Below are positions 14,901 to 28,751 of a stretch of 64,000 nt of DNA, in pieces. Made by a program: the position numbers and the translations under genes. The stretch comes from Pecten maximus. Lineage: Eukaryota. Position 1 is the first letter of the stretch. Every line of letters begins with the position of its first letter. Below the pieces are notes generated by a model, which ran no database searches, was not told the origin of the DNA, and saw nothing but the letters and a program-made list of their open reading frames with translations. The DNA lies in NCBI RefSeq assembly GCF_902652985.1, contig NC_047019.1:38316001-38380000 (forward strand). Direction: 5' to 3'.

Positions 14901-16813
14901 CTTATACAAACACCGACTGTCTCTAGACCAAACATATATCTAGGGCCTTATACAAACCCTCACTGTCTCTAGACCAAACATATATCTAGGGCCTTATACA
15001 AACCCTCACTGTCTCTAGACCAAACATATATCTAGGGCCTTATACAAACTCTGACTAACTCTAGACCAAACATACATCTAGGGCCTTATACAAACACCGA
15101 CTGTCTCTAGACCAAACATATATCTAGGGCCTTATACAAACCCTCACTGTCTCTGGGCCAAACATATATCTAGGGCCTTATACAAACCCTCACTGTCTCT
15201 GGGTCAAACATATATCTAGGGCCTTATACAAACACCGACTGTCTCTAGACCAAACATATATCTAGGGCCTTATACAAACCCCGACTGTCTCTGGGTCAAA
15301 CATATATCTAGGGCCTTATACAAACCCTCACTGTCTCTGGGTCAAACATATATCTAGGGCCTTATACAAACACTGACTGTCTCTGGGTCAAACATACATC
15401 TAGGGCCTTATACAAACTCTGACTAACTCTAGACCAAACATATATCTAGGGCCTTATACAAACCCTCACTGTCTCTGGGTCAAACATATATCTAGGGCCT
15501 GATACAAACACCGACTGTCTCTGGGCCAAACATATATCTAGGGCCGTATACAAACCCTCACCGTCTCTGGGCCAAACATATATCTAGGGCCTTATACAAA
15601 CCCTGACTGTCTCTGGGCCAAACATATATCTAGGGCCTTATACAAACCCTCACTGTCTCTGGGTCAAACATATATCTAGAGCCTTATACAAACCCTGACT
15701 GTCTCTGGGCCAAACATATATCTAGGGCCTTATACAAACACTGACTAACTCGTAACCAACATATATCTAGGGCCGTATACAAACCCTAACTGTCTCTGGG
15801 TCAAACACTATCTAGGGCCTTATACAAACACTAGACTGTCTCTGGGGCCAAGCATATATCTAGGGCCTTAATACAAACACGGACGGTCTCTAGACAAACA
15901 TATATCTAGGGCCTTATACAAACACCTGACTGTCTCTGGGTCCAAACATATATCTAGGGCCTTATACAAACACGGACTACTCTAGAACAAAACATATATC
16001 TAGGGCCTTATACAACACCGACTGTCTCTGGGTCAAACATATATCTAGGGCCTTATACAACCCTCACTGTCTCTGGTCCAAACATATATCTAGGGCCTTA
16101 TACAAACCACTGACTGTCTCTGGGGCCAAACATATATCTAGGGCCTTATACAAACACTGACTGTCTCTGGGGCAAACATATCATCTAGGCCTTATACAAA
16201 ACCGACTGTCTCTAGACCAAACATATATCTAGGGCCTTATACAAACCCTCACTGTCTCTGGGCCAAACATATATCTAGGGCCTTATACAAACCCTCACTG
16301 TCTCTGGGTCAAACATATATCTAGGGCCTTATACAAACACCGACTGTCTCTAGACCAAACATATATCTAGGGCCTTATACAAACCCCGACTGTCTCTGGG
16401 TCAAACATATATCTAGGGCCTTATACAAACCCTCACTGTCTCTGGGTCAAACATATATCTAGGGCCTTATACAAACACTGACTGTCTCTGGGTCAAACAT
16501 ATATCTAGGGCCTTATACAAACTCTGACTAACTCTAGACCAAACATATATCTAGGGCCTTATACAAACCCTCACTGTCTCTGGGTCAAACATATATCTAG
16601 GGCCTTATACAAACCCTCACTGTCTCTGGGTCAAACATATATCTAGGGCCTTATACAAACCCTCACTGTCTCTGGGTCAAACATATATCTAGGGCCTTAT
16701 ACAAACCCTCACTGTCTCTGGGTCAAACATATATCTAGGGCCTTATACAAACCCTGACTGTCTCTGGGTCAAACATATATCTAGGGCCTTATACAGACAC
16801 CGACTGTCTCTGG
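11962..16813. repeat. Minisatellite, 46-bp unit (caaacatatatctagggccttatacaaaccctcactgtctctgggt), about 105 copies
   Basis: Direct periodicity. Confidence 0.98.
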
Positions 16814-17892
16814 ATGGACTTGACTTCTCTGAATCAGACAATGTAATAGTTTTATTCCAAATGAGCTAGGACTTGGCTTCTCTAAAGCAGAAGATTGGAC
16901 AATAATATTTCAAATGAGGATGAATGAACTTTCCAAACGTGTTTACAGATTTAAACTACAGTAATTAGAAAATAAATAACTTGTTCACTAGGAGATGGCT
17001 ATATCTTGATTAGTGTGATTTTCAAGGAAGTTTAACAAAAATAACCTGAACATTTCTGAGTGATGGATTATACCTTCAAGGAAAAGTGATAAAGGAGAAA
17101 AAACATTTAGCAGTTCCCTTCAAAAACATTTTAAATTTAGGATTATAGATTTCTAAAGTGGCCATGCAAACAATCTGAAATATAGGCTGTAAATAGAAGA
17201 ACAGTGTTGTATAATGGTATCTATGTAAGGGTCAAATAAGACATTAAGTCCAATATATCTCCAATGTCATCCATAAAAGCAGATACTAGATCCCAGTGTT
17301 CCAAAGTCCTGAAATATCAGGAATAATGATGAGCTTGCTCACTATCCCATTGTCAATAATTCCTACAATAAACAGCCATTAAAGTTACTATGGTGTTATC
17401 TGTTGTCTGTATCTACAGCCAACAAGGAGAGGAAAAGTAAAAGGCCCAGGTTTAATGTGGAGATCTAACAGTCACACATACATGGAGATAAGGCTTCCCC
17501 CAGATACTGAGGCTGGTCAGGGCAACATCAGCTATCATTCTGGGAATTTGATCCTCTGTCCAGCCTCTTTGTTTTATCACCCAGCACTTTGTCGGCAGTT
17601 TCCCTATTGGTTGTTTCAGACAGCACAAAAAGCCCTCACTGATTGATGTAGCTTTTAGATTTTACTTTTTTGTCTCCTAAATAATCATGTGAACTGATGA
17701 TTGTTATAGTGAGGCTGGATACATCAGCTGATATAAACACTTGATTTGGTTTTACTGTGAGTTGCATTTTATAGCTTTGCTTACATTGAAATTGTTAACA
17801 GTCCATCTATGACTGGGGTTCTACTTACATGTCCCAACAATGGAGCAATGTTCAGTATACAACTAGTAAAAAAAAAACTACCAATAAAATAT

Positions 17893-20800
17893 GGGATCCT
17901 GTCACAGCCACACACAGGAAGGGGGATCCTGTCACTGTAGCCACACACAGGAAGGAGGATCCTGTCTCTGTAGCCACACACAGGAAGGGGGATCCTGTCA
18001 CTGTAGCCACCCACAGGAAGGGGGATCCTGTCACTGTAGTCACACACAGGAAGGGGGATCCTGTCACTGTAGCCACACACAGGAATGGGGATCCTGTCAC
18101 TGTAGCCACACACAGGAAGGGGGATCCTGTCACTGTAGCCACACACAGGAAGGGGGATCCTGTCACTGTTGTCACACACAGGAAGGGGGGTCCTGTCACA
18201 GTCTTACACAGGAAGGGGGATCCTGTCACAGTCTTACACAGGAAGGGGGATCCTGTCACTGTAGCCACACACAGGAAGGGGGATCCTGTCACTGTAGCCA
18301 CACACAGGAAGGAGGATCCTGTCACTGTAGCCACACATAGGAAGGGGGATCCTGTCACTGTAGCCACACACAGGAAGGGGAATCCTGTCAGAGCCACACA
18401 CAGGAAGGAGGATCCTGTCACTGTAGTCACACACAGGAAGGAGGATCCTGTCACAGCCACACACAGGAAGGGGGATCCTGTCACTGTAGCCACACACAGG
18501 AAGGGGGATCCTGTCACTGTAGCCACAGATAGGAAGGGGGATCCTGTCACTGTAGCCACACACAGGAAGGGGGATCCTGTCACTGTAGTCACACACAGGA
18601 AGGGGGATCCTGTCACTGTAGTCACACACAGGAAGGAGGATCCTGTCACTGTAGCCACACACAGGAAGGGGAATCCTGTCACTGTAGCCACACACAGGAA
18701 GGAGGATCCTGTCACTGAAGTCACACACAGGAAAGGGGTTCCTGTCACTGTAGCCACACACAGGAAGTAGGATCCTGTCACTGTAGCCACACACAGGAAG
18801 GAGGATCCTGTCACTGAAGTCACACACAGGAAGGGGGATCCTGTCACTGTAGTCACACACAGGAAGGGGAATCCTGTCACTGTAGCCACACACAGGAAGG
18901 GGGATACTGTCACTGTTGTCACACACAGGAAGGCGAATCCTGTCACAGCCACACACAGGAAGGGGGTCCTGTCACTGTAGTCACACACAGGAAGGGGAAT
19001 CCTGTCACAGCCACACACAGGAAGGGGGTCCTGTCACTGTAGTCACACACAGGAAGGGGAATCCTGTCACAGCCACACACAGGAAGGGGGTCCTGTCACT
19101 GTAGTCACACACAGGAAGGGGAATCCTGTCACAGCCACACACAGGAAGGGGGATACTGTCACTGTTGTCACACACAGGAAGGGGAATCCTGTCACAGCCA
19201 CACACAGGAAGGGGGTCCTGTCACTGTAGTCACACACAGGAAGGGGAATCCTGTCACAGCCACACACAGGAAGGGGGTCATGTCACTGTAGTCACACACA
19301 GGAAGGGGAATCCTGTCACTGTAGCCACACACAGGAAGGGGGATACTGTCACTGTTGTCACACACAGGAAGGGGGTCCTGTCACTGTTGTCACACACAGG
19401 AAGGGGGATCCTGTCACTGTAGCCACACACAGGAAGGGGGATCCTGTCACTGTAGCCACACACAGGAAGGGTGATCCTGTCACTGTAGCCACACATAGGA
19501 AGGGGAATCCTGTCACTGTAGCCACACACAGGAAGGGGGATACTGTCACTGTTGTCACACACAGGAAGGGGGTCCTGTCACTGTTGTCACACACAGGAAG
19601 GGGGTCCTGTCACTGTAGTCACACACAGGAAGGGGGATCCTGTCACTGTAGCCACACACAGGAAGGGGGATCCTGTCACTGTAGCCACACACAGGAAGGG
19701 TGATCCTGTCACTGTAGCCACACATAGGAAGGGGAATCCTGTCACTGTAGCCACACACAGGAAGGGGGATACTGTCACTGTTGTCACACACAGGAAGGGG
19801 GTCCTGTCACTGTTGTCACACACAGGAAGGGGGATCCTGTCACTGTAGCCACACACAGGAAGGGGGATCCTGTCACTGTAGCCACACACAGGAAGGGGGT
19901 TCTGTAACAGTCACACACAGGAAGGGGGTTCTGTAACAGTCACACACAGGAAGGGGGTTCTGTAACAGTCACACACAGGAAGGGTGATCCTGTCACTGTA
20001 GCCACACACAGGAAGGGGGATCCTGTCACTGTAGCCACACACAGGAAGGGGGTTCTGTAACAGTCACACACAGGAAGGGGGTTCTGTAACAGTCACACAC
20101 AGGAAGGGTGATCCTGTCACTGTAGCCACACACAGGAAGGGGGTTCTGTAACAGTCACACACAGGAAGGGGGTTCTGTAACAGTCACACACAGGAAGGGT
20201 GATCCTGTCACTGTAGCCACACACAGGAAGGGGGATCCTGTCACTGTAGCCACACACAGGAAGGGGGATCCTGTCACTGTTGTCACACACAGGAAGGGGG
20301 GTCCTGTCACAGTCTTACACAGGAAGGGGGATCCTGTCACAGTCTTACACAGGAAGGGGGATCCTGTCACTGTAGCCACACACAGGAAGGGGGATCCTGT
20401 CACTGTAGCCACACACAGGAAGGAGGATCCTGTCACTGTAGCCACACATAGGAAGGGGGATCCTGTCACTGTAGCAACACACAGGAAGGGGAATCCTGTC
20501 AGAGCCACACACAGGAAGGGGAATCCTGTCACTGTAGTCACACACAGGAAAGGGGTTCCTGTCACTGTAGCCACACACAGGAAGGAGGATCCTGTCACTG
20601 TAGTCACACACAGGAAGGAGGATCCTGTCACAGCCACACACAGGAAGGGGGATCCTGTCACTGTAGCCACACACAGGAAGGGGGATCCTGTCACTGTAGC
20701 CACACATAGGAAGGGGGATCCTGTCACTGTAGCCACACACAGGAAGGGGGATCCTGTCACTGTAGCCACACACAGGAAGGGGGATCCTGTCACTGTAGTC

Positions 20801-22316
20801 ACACTACAGGAAAGGGGTTCCTGTCACTGTAGCCACACACAGGAAGGAGGATCCTGTCACTGTAGCCACACACAGGAAGGGGAATCCTGTCACTGTAGCC
20901 ACACACAGGAAGGAGGATCCTGTCACTGAAGTCACACACAGGAAAGGGGTTCCTGTCACTGTAGCCACACACAGGAAGGAGGATCCTGTCACTGTAGCCA
21001 CACACAGGAAGGAGGATCCTGTCACTGAAGTCACACACAGGAAGGGGGGTTCTGTCACTTTAGCCACACACAGGAAGGAGGATCCTGTCACAGCCACACA
21101 CAGGAAAGGGGTTCCTGTCACTGTAGCCACACACAGGAAGGGGAATCCTGTCATTGTAGCCACACACAGGAAGGAGGATCCTGTCACTGTAGCCACACAC
21201 AGGAAGGGGGATCCTGTCACTGTAGCCACACATAGGAAGGGGGATCCTGTCACTGTAGCCACACACAGGAAGGGGAATCCTGTCACTGTAGTCACACACA
21301 GGAAGGAGGATCCTGTCACTGTAGCCACACATAGGAAGGGGGATCCTGTCACTGTAGCCACACACAGGAAGGGGGATCCTGTCACTGTAGCCACACATAG
21401 GAAGGGGGATCCTGTCACTGTAGCCACACACAGGAAGGGGAATCCTGTCACTGTAGTCACACACAGGAAGGGGGATCCTGTCACTGTAGCCACACATAGG
21501 AAGGAGGATCCTGTCACTGTAGCCACACACAGGAAGGGGGTTCCTGTCACTGTAGCCACACACAGGAAGGGAGTTCCTGTCACAGCCACACACAGGAAGG
21601 GGGATCCTGTCACTGTAGTCACACACAGGAAGGGGGTTCCTGTCACTGTAGCCACACACAGGAAGGGGGATCCTGTCACTGTAGTCACACACAGGAAGGG
21701 GGATCCTGTCACTGTATCCACACATAGGAAGCGGAATCCTGTCACAGACACACACAGGAAGGGGGGTCCTGTCACTGTATCCACACATAGGAAGCGGAAT
21801 CCTGTCACAGACACACACAGGAAGGGGGGTCCTGTCACTGTAGCCACACACAAGAAGGGGGATCCTGTCACTGTAGCCACACACAGGAAGGGGGATCCTG
21901 TCACAGCCACACACAGGAAGGGGGCTTCTGTCACTGTAGTCACACACAGGAAGAGGGTTCCTGTCCCTGTAGTCACACACAGGAAGGAGGATCCTGTCAC
22001 TGTAGCCACACACAGGAAGGGGGATCCTGTCACTGTAGCCACACACAGGAAAGGGGAATTCTGTCACAGTCTTACACAGGAAGGGGGGTTCTGTCACAGC
22101 CACACACAGGAAGGAGGATCCTGTCATTGTAGCCACCCACAGGAAGGGGGATCCTGTCATTGTAGCCACCCACAGGAAGGAGGATCCTGTCATTGTAGCC
22201 ACCCACAGGAAGGAGGATCCTGTCATTGTAGCCACCCACAGGAAGGAGGATCCTGTCATTGTAGCCACACACAGGAAGGGGGATCCTGTCATTGTAGCCA
22301 ACCACAGGAAGGGGAA
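17893..22316. repeat. Minisatellite, 33-bp unit (ggatcctgtcactgtagccacacacaggaaggg), about 135 copies
   Basis: Direct periodicity; internal tcctgt/acagga inverted repeat. Confidence 0.98.
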
Positions 22317-23220
22317 GCCCCATACAGCAACTACATAGACATCCCCACCCTCCAGTACAAGAACTACATAGACATATCTCCCCCATACAGGAACTACATA
22401 GACATATCTCCCCCATACAGGAATTACGGTATTCAGATACAGTGTCACAAATACAAGTAATACTGGACTCATTAACACTGTCAATCAATATATCCCTATA
22501 CATCCCCATTCCCAATACAAAAACAGCAATGACAGAGAAGATGAACTGGACCTAATGCTCAACATCCTTGACCACTTGACCTTTGGAAGACTTGTCCCAA
22601 GTGTCCACTTTGGACTGACCTTTGCCAATAGGACAATATAACTGTAAGGAGGGAAGGTTAGATACTGGCCTTTGTATACCAGTCAGTCTGTTTGCTAACC
22701 TTTTACCAGGAATAGTGTAGATATAATTAATGAGACAATCTTGTAGTTATTTTGTAGTAAAGGTCAGAATGAATTTTGATGTGCATTCGTGATACATCAT
22801 GGTCTAATTCATATAAACATAAGGAATACAAATTGAGTTATTTCTCTGTATAGAAGGTTGACATTATGACTTTCTGTGTCTATTGATTAATCAGACCCTA
22901 TACTGTTATTCAGGTATTTGGTTCAATTTCTTTGGTTACAAAATGTTTTATGACAGAAAAACTTACAAGTGTAGTGTGTAGATTATATAACAGGCCAAAC
23001 ATTTCCTATGACGCATGTACCCAATTGAACCATTCTTTACCCTTATGAAACATATCCATTATATCATTTGTAATTCAGAACCACACCTCTGTTACGAAGT
23101 GTTAGCTCACAAATACACACCTTCCCGTTCTATAACACAAGTGATCAATCTCTGAGACTGACTTACATGTTGAAACTTTCTGACGAGAATAAACCTGGCA
23201 TGCAGCCGTATTTCAGCAGA

Positions 23221-25200
23221 CTATACTGATACATGTACAGGACACCCTACAGGACAACCTATACTGATACATGTACAGGACACCCTATACTGATACATGT
23301 ACAGGACACCCTATACTGATGTATGTACAGGACACCCTATACTGATGTATGTACAGGACACCCTATACTGATGTATGTACAGGACACCCTATACTGATGT
23401 ATGTACAGGACACCCTATACTGATGTATGTACAGGACACCCTATACTGATACATGTACAGGACACCCTATACTGATGTATGTACAGGACACCCTATACTG
23501 ATGTATGTACAGGACACCCTATACTGATGTATGTACAGGACACCCTATACTGATACATGTACAGGACACCCTATACTGATGTATGTACAGGACACCCTAT
23601 ACTGATGTATGTACAGGACACCCTATACTGATGTATGTACAGGACACCCTATACTGATACATGTACAGGACACCCTATACTGATATATGTACAGGACACC
23701 CTATACTGATGTATGTACAGGACACCCTATACTGATACATGTACAGGACACCCTATACTGATGTATGTACAGGACACCCTATACTGATACATGTACAGGA
23801 CACCCTATACTGATGTATGTACAGGACACCCTATACTGATACATGTACAGGACACCCTATACTGATGTATGTACAGGACACCCTATACTGATGTATGTAC
23901 AGGACACCCTATACTGATGTATGTACAGGACACCCTATACTGATACATGTACAGGACACCCTATACTGATGTATGTACAGGACACCCTATACTGATGTAT
24001 GTACAGGACACCCTATACTGATGTATGTACAGGACACCCTATACTGATACATGTACAGGACACCCTATACTGATGTATGTACAGGACACCCTATACTGAT
24101 GTATGTACAGGACACCCTATACTGATGTATGTACAGGACACCCTATACTGATGTATGTACAGGACACCCTACAGGACACCCTATACTGATGTATGTACAG
24201 GACACCCTATACTGATGTATGTACAGGACACCCTATACTGATACATGTACAGGGCACGTACCCTATACTGATGTATGTACAGGACACCCTATACTGATGT
24301 ATGTACAGGACACCCTATACTGATGTATGTACAGGACACATACTATACTGATATATGTACAGGACACCCTATACTGGTACATGTACAGGACACCCTATAC
24401 TGATGTATGTACAGGACACCCTATACTGATGTATGTACAGGACACCCTATACTGATGTATGTACAGGACACCCTATACTGATGTATGTACAGGACACCCT
24501 ATACTGATGTATGTACAGGACACCCTATACTGATGTATGTACAGGACACCCTATACTGATGTATGTACAGGACACCCTATACTGATACATGTACAGGACA
24601 CCCTATACTGATGTATGTACAGGACACCCTATACTGATGTATGTACAGGACACCCTATACTGATGTATGTACAGGACACCCTATACTGATGTATGTACAG
24701 GACACCCTATACTGATCCATATACAGGACACCATATACTGATGTATGTACAGGACACCCTATACTGATACATGTACAGGACACCCTATACTGATGTATGT
24801 ACAGGACACCCTATACTGATGTATGTACAGGACACCCAATACTGATACATGTACAGGACACCCTATACTGATGTATGTACAGGACACCCTATACTGATGT
24901 AAGTACAGGACACCCTATACTGATACATGTACAGGACACCCTATACTGATGTATGTACAGGACACCCTATACTGATGTATGTACAGGACACCCTATACTG
25001 ATGTATGTACAGGACACCCTATACTGATGTATGTACAGGACACCCTATACTGATGTATGTACAGGACACCCTATACTGATACATGTACAGGACACCCTAT
25101 ACTGATACATGTACAGAACACCCTATACTGATGTATATACAGGACACCCTATACTGATGTATGTACAGGACACCCTATACTGATGTATGTACAGGACACC
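23221..25200. repeat. Minisatellite, 26-bp unit (ctatactgatgtatgtacaggacacc), about 76 copies
   Basis: Direct periodicity. Confidence 0.98.
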
Positions 25201-25932
25201 GTGTACTACCAAACATGGCTAAATTTCATACGTCTCACTTGACATGAAACATCAAGATTCTACAATATCAATGCAATATCACCCACAAGGAAGCATTCAA
25301 ATGTAGACCGTAATTTGATGAATTAAAAGTTTCTATTACTTATTAGTCTGGTATATGTAGATGTAGTGATTGAAATGTTGTAGAGTATGTTTTCTTCAAA
25401 ATGAAAATTATTTCAAATTGAATTAAGGCTCAATGTTAAGAGTTAATCAGGTTCTCTTGTAATGTTTATCTTTCATTAAGAAAAATATACATACTGAAAC
25501 ACTATCACGAACAATAATTGTATTCTATCCCAATTCTGGAATATTGATATAACCCACAATTACTAAATACTTCACTCAATAATCTACTTGTGTCAATTCG
25601 ATTTTTGAATAACAATAAAAAAAAAAAACAATTTCAACTACATTTTTTTCCAAATAACCTAGTCTTAGTGATGTGATAAAGCATCTCATTCACAGCCATG
25701 TTGAAGACCAAGTTCCCAAGTACATGCAATCGATGGCAATTCTGTGTAGGTCTTCCTCTCCCATAGTGAACTGCCACTCTGCCCAGTCCATAAATGCCAT
25801 ATCTTGTCGAGGAGTTAATATGTACGCAACAGCTTTTATTACTATAAGGTTAGACTACTAGTGGAGATAGTATGAAATTTTAACAATAAAATTATATTAA
25901 ATTAGTTTTTTTTTTTTCTATATTTGTTCCAG

Positions 25933-26126
25933 GTCAGATAATAAGGAATATAGTACAGTTGGAGACATGTCTGATGTCTATCTCAGTACCTCACACAAAC
26001 TTGTAATTCATTACAAGAAAGATTCAATTATCTTGAATCTTGCGGGAATCGAGGTCCTGATGAAGAAGAGTCAAAACATGAATATTGATAATGGAATGGA
26101 TTATATATTTATGCATTTCATGCTAG
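25933..26126 (+). other. Candidate internal exon of an unidentified plus-strand transcript
   Basis: Long T tract then ttgttccag acceptor, tag|gtgagt donor, and one frame open for all 194 nt (SDNKEYSTVGDMSDVYLSTSHKLVIHYKKDS...MHFML). I do not recognise the product. Confidence 0.3.
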
Positions 26127-27026
26127 GTGAGTTAATACATGAATCATTTGAGACAATTGACAACATAAACAGCTATAAATTACCATTTCTGTATTTTTTA
26201 TTCAGCTACACAAGACAGAATAATATCAAATGTAAAGTACAGACAGGAGGATAATGAAGAATTCCAGAATACAGACGATAAAATCATATCAAATATAGTC
26301 TTTTTAATCCAAACAAAAGGATTACATCATGTTTATATCAAAATGTAACAAATCAATTTAGGTAAAACTGGAATGCTTCAATAAAATTGTTTGTACTGAA
26401 GAAAGAAAAATAAAACCCAGTTTGACAAAAATATTTCTGTAGCAGCTTTAGATATACAGCTTACCAATTACACAAGAAATATGCCATTATAATACATCAA
26501 TATTAGTACACCAACAACAACATCCTGTATAGAACATCACAGCAAAATACAACAAGCAATACCGATTGTTAAAACCTAGTCCTGTCATAGAACTCCAGGG
26601 AAAATGGACTCTCCTCTCTCACCATAAATAAATGCCAGCTTGCATGACAAACTCATTTAGATTCCAGAAAAGAATTGAGTTGAATAATTTCCAATTTTGA
26701 AGTTTATAGTAAGAATCTGTTCAACGTGAATGTAACCATTGATTTAGCACAGAGAGGATAAAATTACAGATTTATTTTTCTCGAAATATTTGTTGGGTTA
26801 ACAAATCAGTATCTATAATAGAATTTCAAGGAATCAAAATTAGTCATCAATTTTTAAATATCTTTATACAGTTAATATGATTTACATAGGCTCAAAGGGA
26901 TAATAAGACATATTGTATCATAAAGTAAATTTTAAAAAATAAGTAAATGTTAAATAAAAAAATAATTCAATAAAAATCTAATTGAAGAATAATACTATAT
27001 GTAAAAAAAAAAGCCTTTAAGAAGAC

Positions 27027-27032
27027 TTTATT
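27027..27032 (-). promoter_or_regulatory. Candidate polyadenylation signal (AATAAA) of the PTN/MK-like gene
   Basis: AATAAA on the minus strand is followed about 15 nt downstream by a T-rich tract. Other AATAAA hexamers lie nearer the stop, so the choice is uncertain. Confidence 0.3.
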
Positions 27033-27496
27033 GCGAGTACAACATGACAGTGGATGTAGACAAAAGAGCTCACAGCTTCAGTACACTTTGTCACAGTGAC
27101 CTACAGAACACCATTTTATACACATAGTCTATATCAGAATTTCAAATCTCCGAGTTATTTTTGTGTTTTATTTGTTTGGTCTCGAAAAACCAGCAACGTT
27201 TTGAACAGTGTTCTCACAAAAAGGATGTTTGATTTTGAAAACTTGAACCTTCCTTAAAACACTGTATGGCTACATTTACAGGGCAGAAATTTCCAATGTA
27301 CTATACATAACAAGTCCCGTTACAAAGTAACCATGCATGGTTAATATCTAAAATTTCTTCCAAAGAAAAAATATTGTATCCGATCCATTTGCACGCATGC
27401 TCTGTTTCAACAGACTTGTACGGAGTAACCATGCACATAACAAAAAGCATTCAAGTGAACATGCTTTAGTGTAGATTAGAACTGTGGGCCCATGAT

Positions 27497-27666
27497 GGCC
27501 TGTGAGGACCTTCTGTCACATGACTCTAAGTACGAACCTATAGGCCTGTGAGGACCTTCTGTCACATGACTCTAAGTACGAACCTATAGGCCTGTGAGGA
27601 CCTTCTGTCACATGACTCTAAGTACAATAATAGAACCTATAGGCCTGTGAGGACCTTCTGTCACAT
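27497..27666. repeat. ~46-bp tandem repeat (ggcctgtgaggaccttctgtcacatgactctaagtacgaacctata), about 4 copies, in the putative 3' UTR
   Basis: Direct periodicity. Confidence 0.88.
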
Positions 27667-28485
27667 ACATGTCTCTATTTTGCCCGAAAATAGAACTTTT
27701 GAGCCCACAGTGTGTGTGAACTTTCTTTGACAACAAAGCCTTTATTTCACAGAAAATAGAACAGGAAAGTCCACCGCCTGTGAGGACTATCTGTCATAGC
27801 CTTACTTAAAGTTTTCTATAATACAAAATTGGGAGAAAGAGTCCTCAGCAATGATGTGGAAGATAAAACAGCTACACACGTCACCCGACATTAAGTTACA
27901 CAATGAATATCTATGATGATGAACAGTAATCTCATTGAAAAGTCAAACCCTCAAATATAAAACTTTGACACAAAATTCAAAACGTGTTTCTAAAAAAACT
28001 CCCTGGGACTGAATTTAGCATTTCATCGGTAAGTTATAGCATATTTATTTCTTCTGTTCGCAGAAAAGTATGACATCTATAACATTTCTTCTGTTCGCAG
28101 AAAAGTATGACATCTATAACCTATCTCACAGCAGTTAGAATACACTTGGTATTTCTTTCTGATATTCTATTCCTAATCACATCGAAACAATTCAAAAGGA
28201 AATATCTTTTTGTACATCTGATCAAATATGTGTTAACCATGTTATATACAAGTAGCATACATGATATAAAGAAGCTGTGTGATATTTCCTGATCAATAAG
28301 TTTTTGGGATATGATGACACAAACAATCGACTAGAGAGGTTAGTGGGTTAACTATTTAAATCTCCAATTGACCTGGCCGTAACATTGAATTAATTTTCTA
28401 ATCTGGTTGGAAGAAACCCTTAAATCAGGAGTATTCACACAGCCTCTGATATAGTGTCACGGTGCTAAATACAAATATACACTGT

Positions 28486-28751
28486 CTATTCATTCTCATC
28501 AATGAAACCAGCACTACCTGGGCCAGCATTCTTTCGGTTCTGGCGTCTCTTTTGTTTGCGTTGCTTCTTCTTTTCCTTCTTTGTCTTTCTCTTCATTTTC
28601 TTTTCGTGTTTTCTACATTTGACTGCTATTTCTTTCGTTGGTTCACATAATGTTGGGTCTTGTCCTGGTTTAAGAGTTAGGATTCTGGTGGCATTGCCAT
28701 TTGGACATGCTGAAGTGTCCCAGTCGACAGATTTATCGTACTTACACTTGT
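28486..28751 (-). CDS. Terminal coding exon: module 4 plus polybasic tail (KCKYDKSVDWDTSACPNGNATRILTLKPGQDPTLCEPTKEIAVKCRKHEKKMKRKTKKEKKKQRKQKRRQNRKNAGPGSAGFIDENE*)
   Basis: Acceptor gggttttttcag|ac in phase 1, TAG at 28488-28486. A Lys/Arg-rich tail is typical of the PTN/MK family. Confidence 0.88.

Noticed and set aside
17781-22515. Long Cys/Thr-rich ORFs (VCGYSDRIPLP, VTVATHRKGDP) resembling metallothionein-like or keratin-associated proteins
   Set aside because: The 33-bp unit is stop-free in several frames, and frameshifting indels occur freely, so there is no sign of coding constraint.
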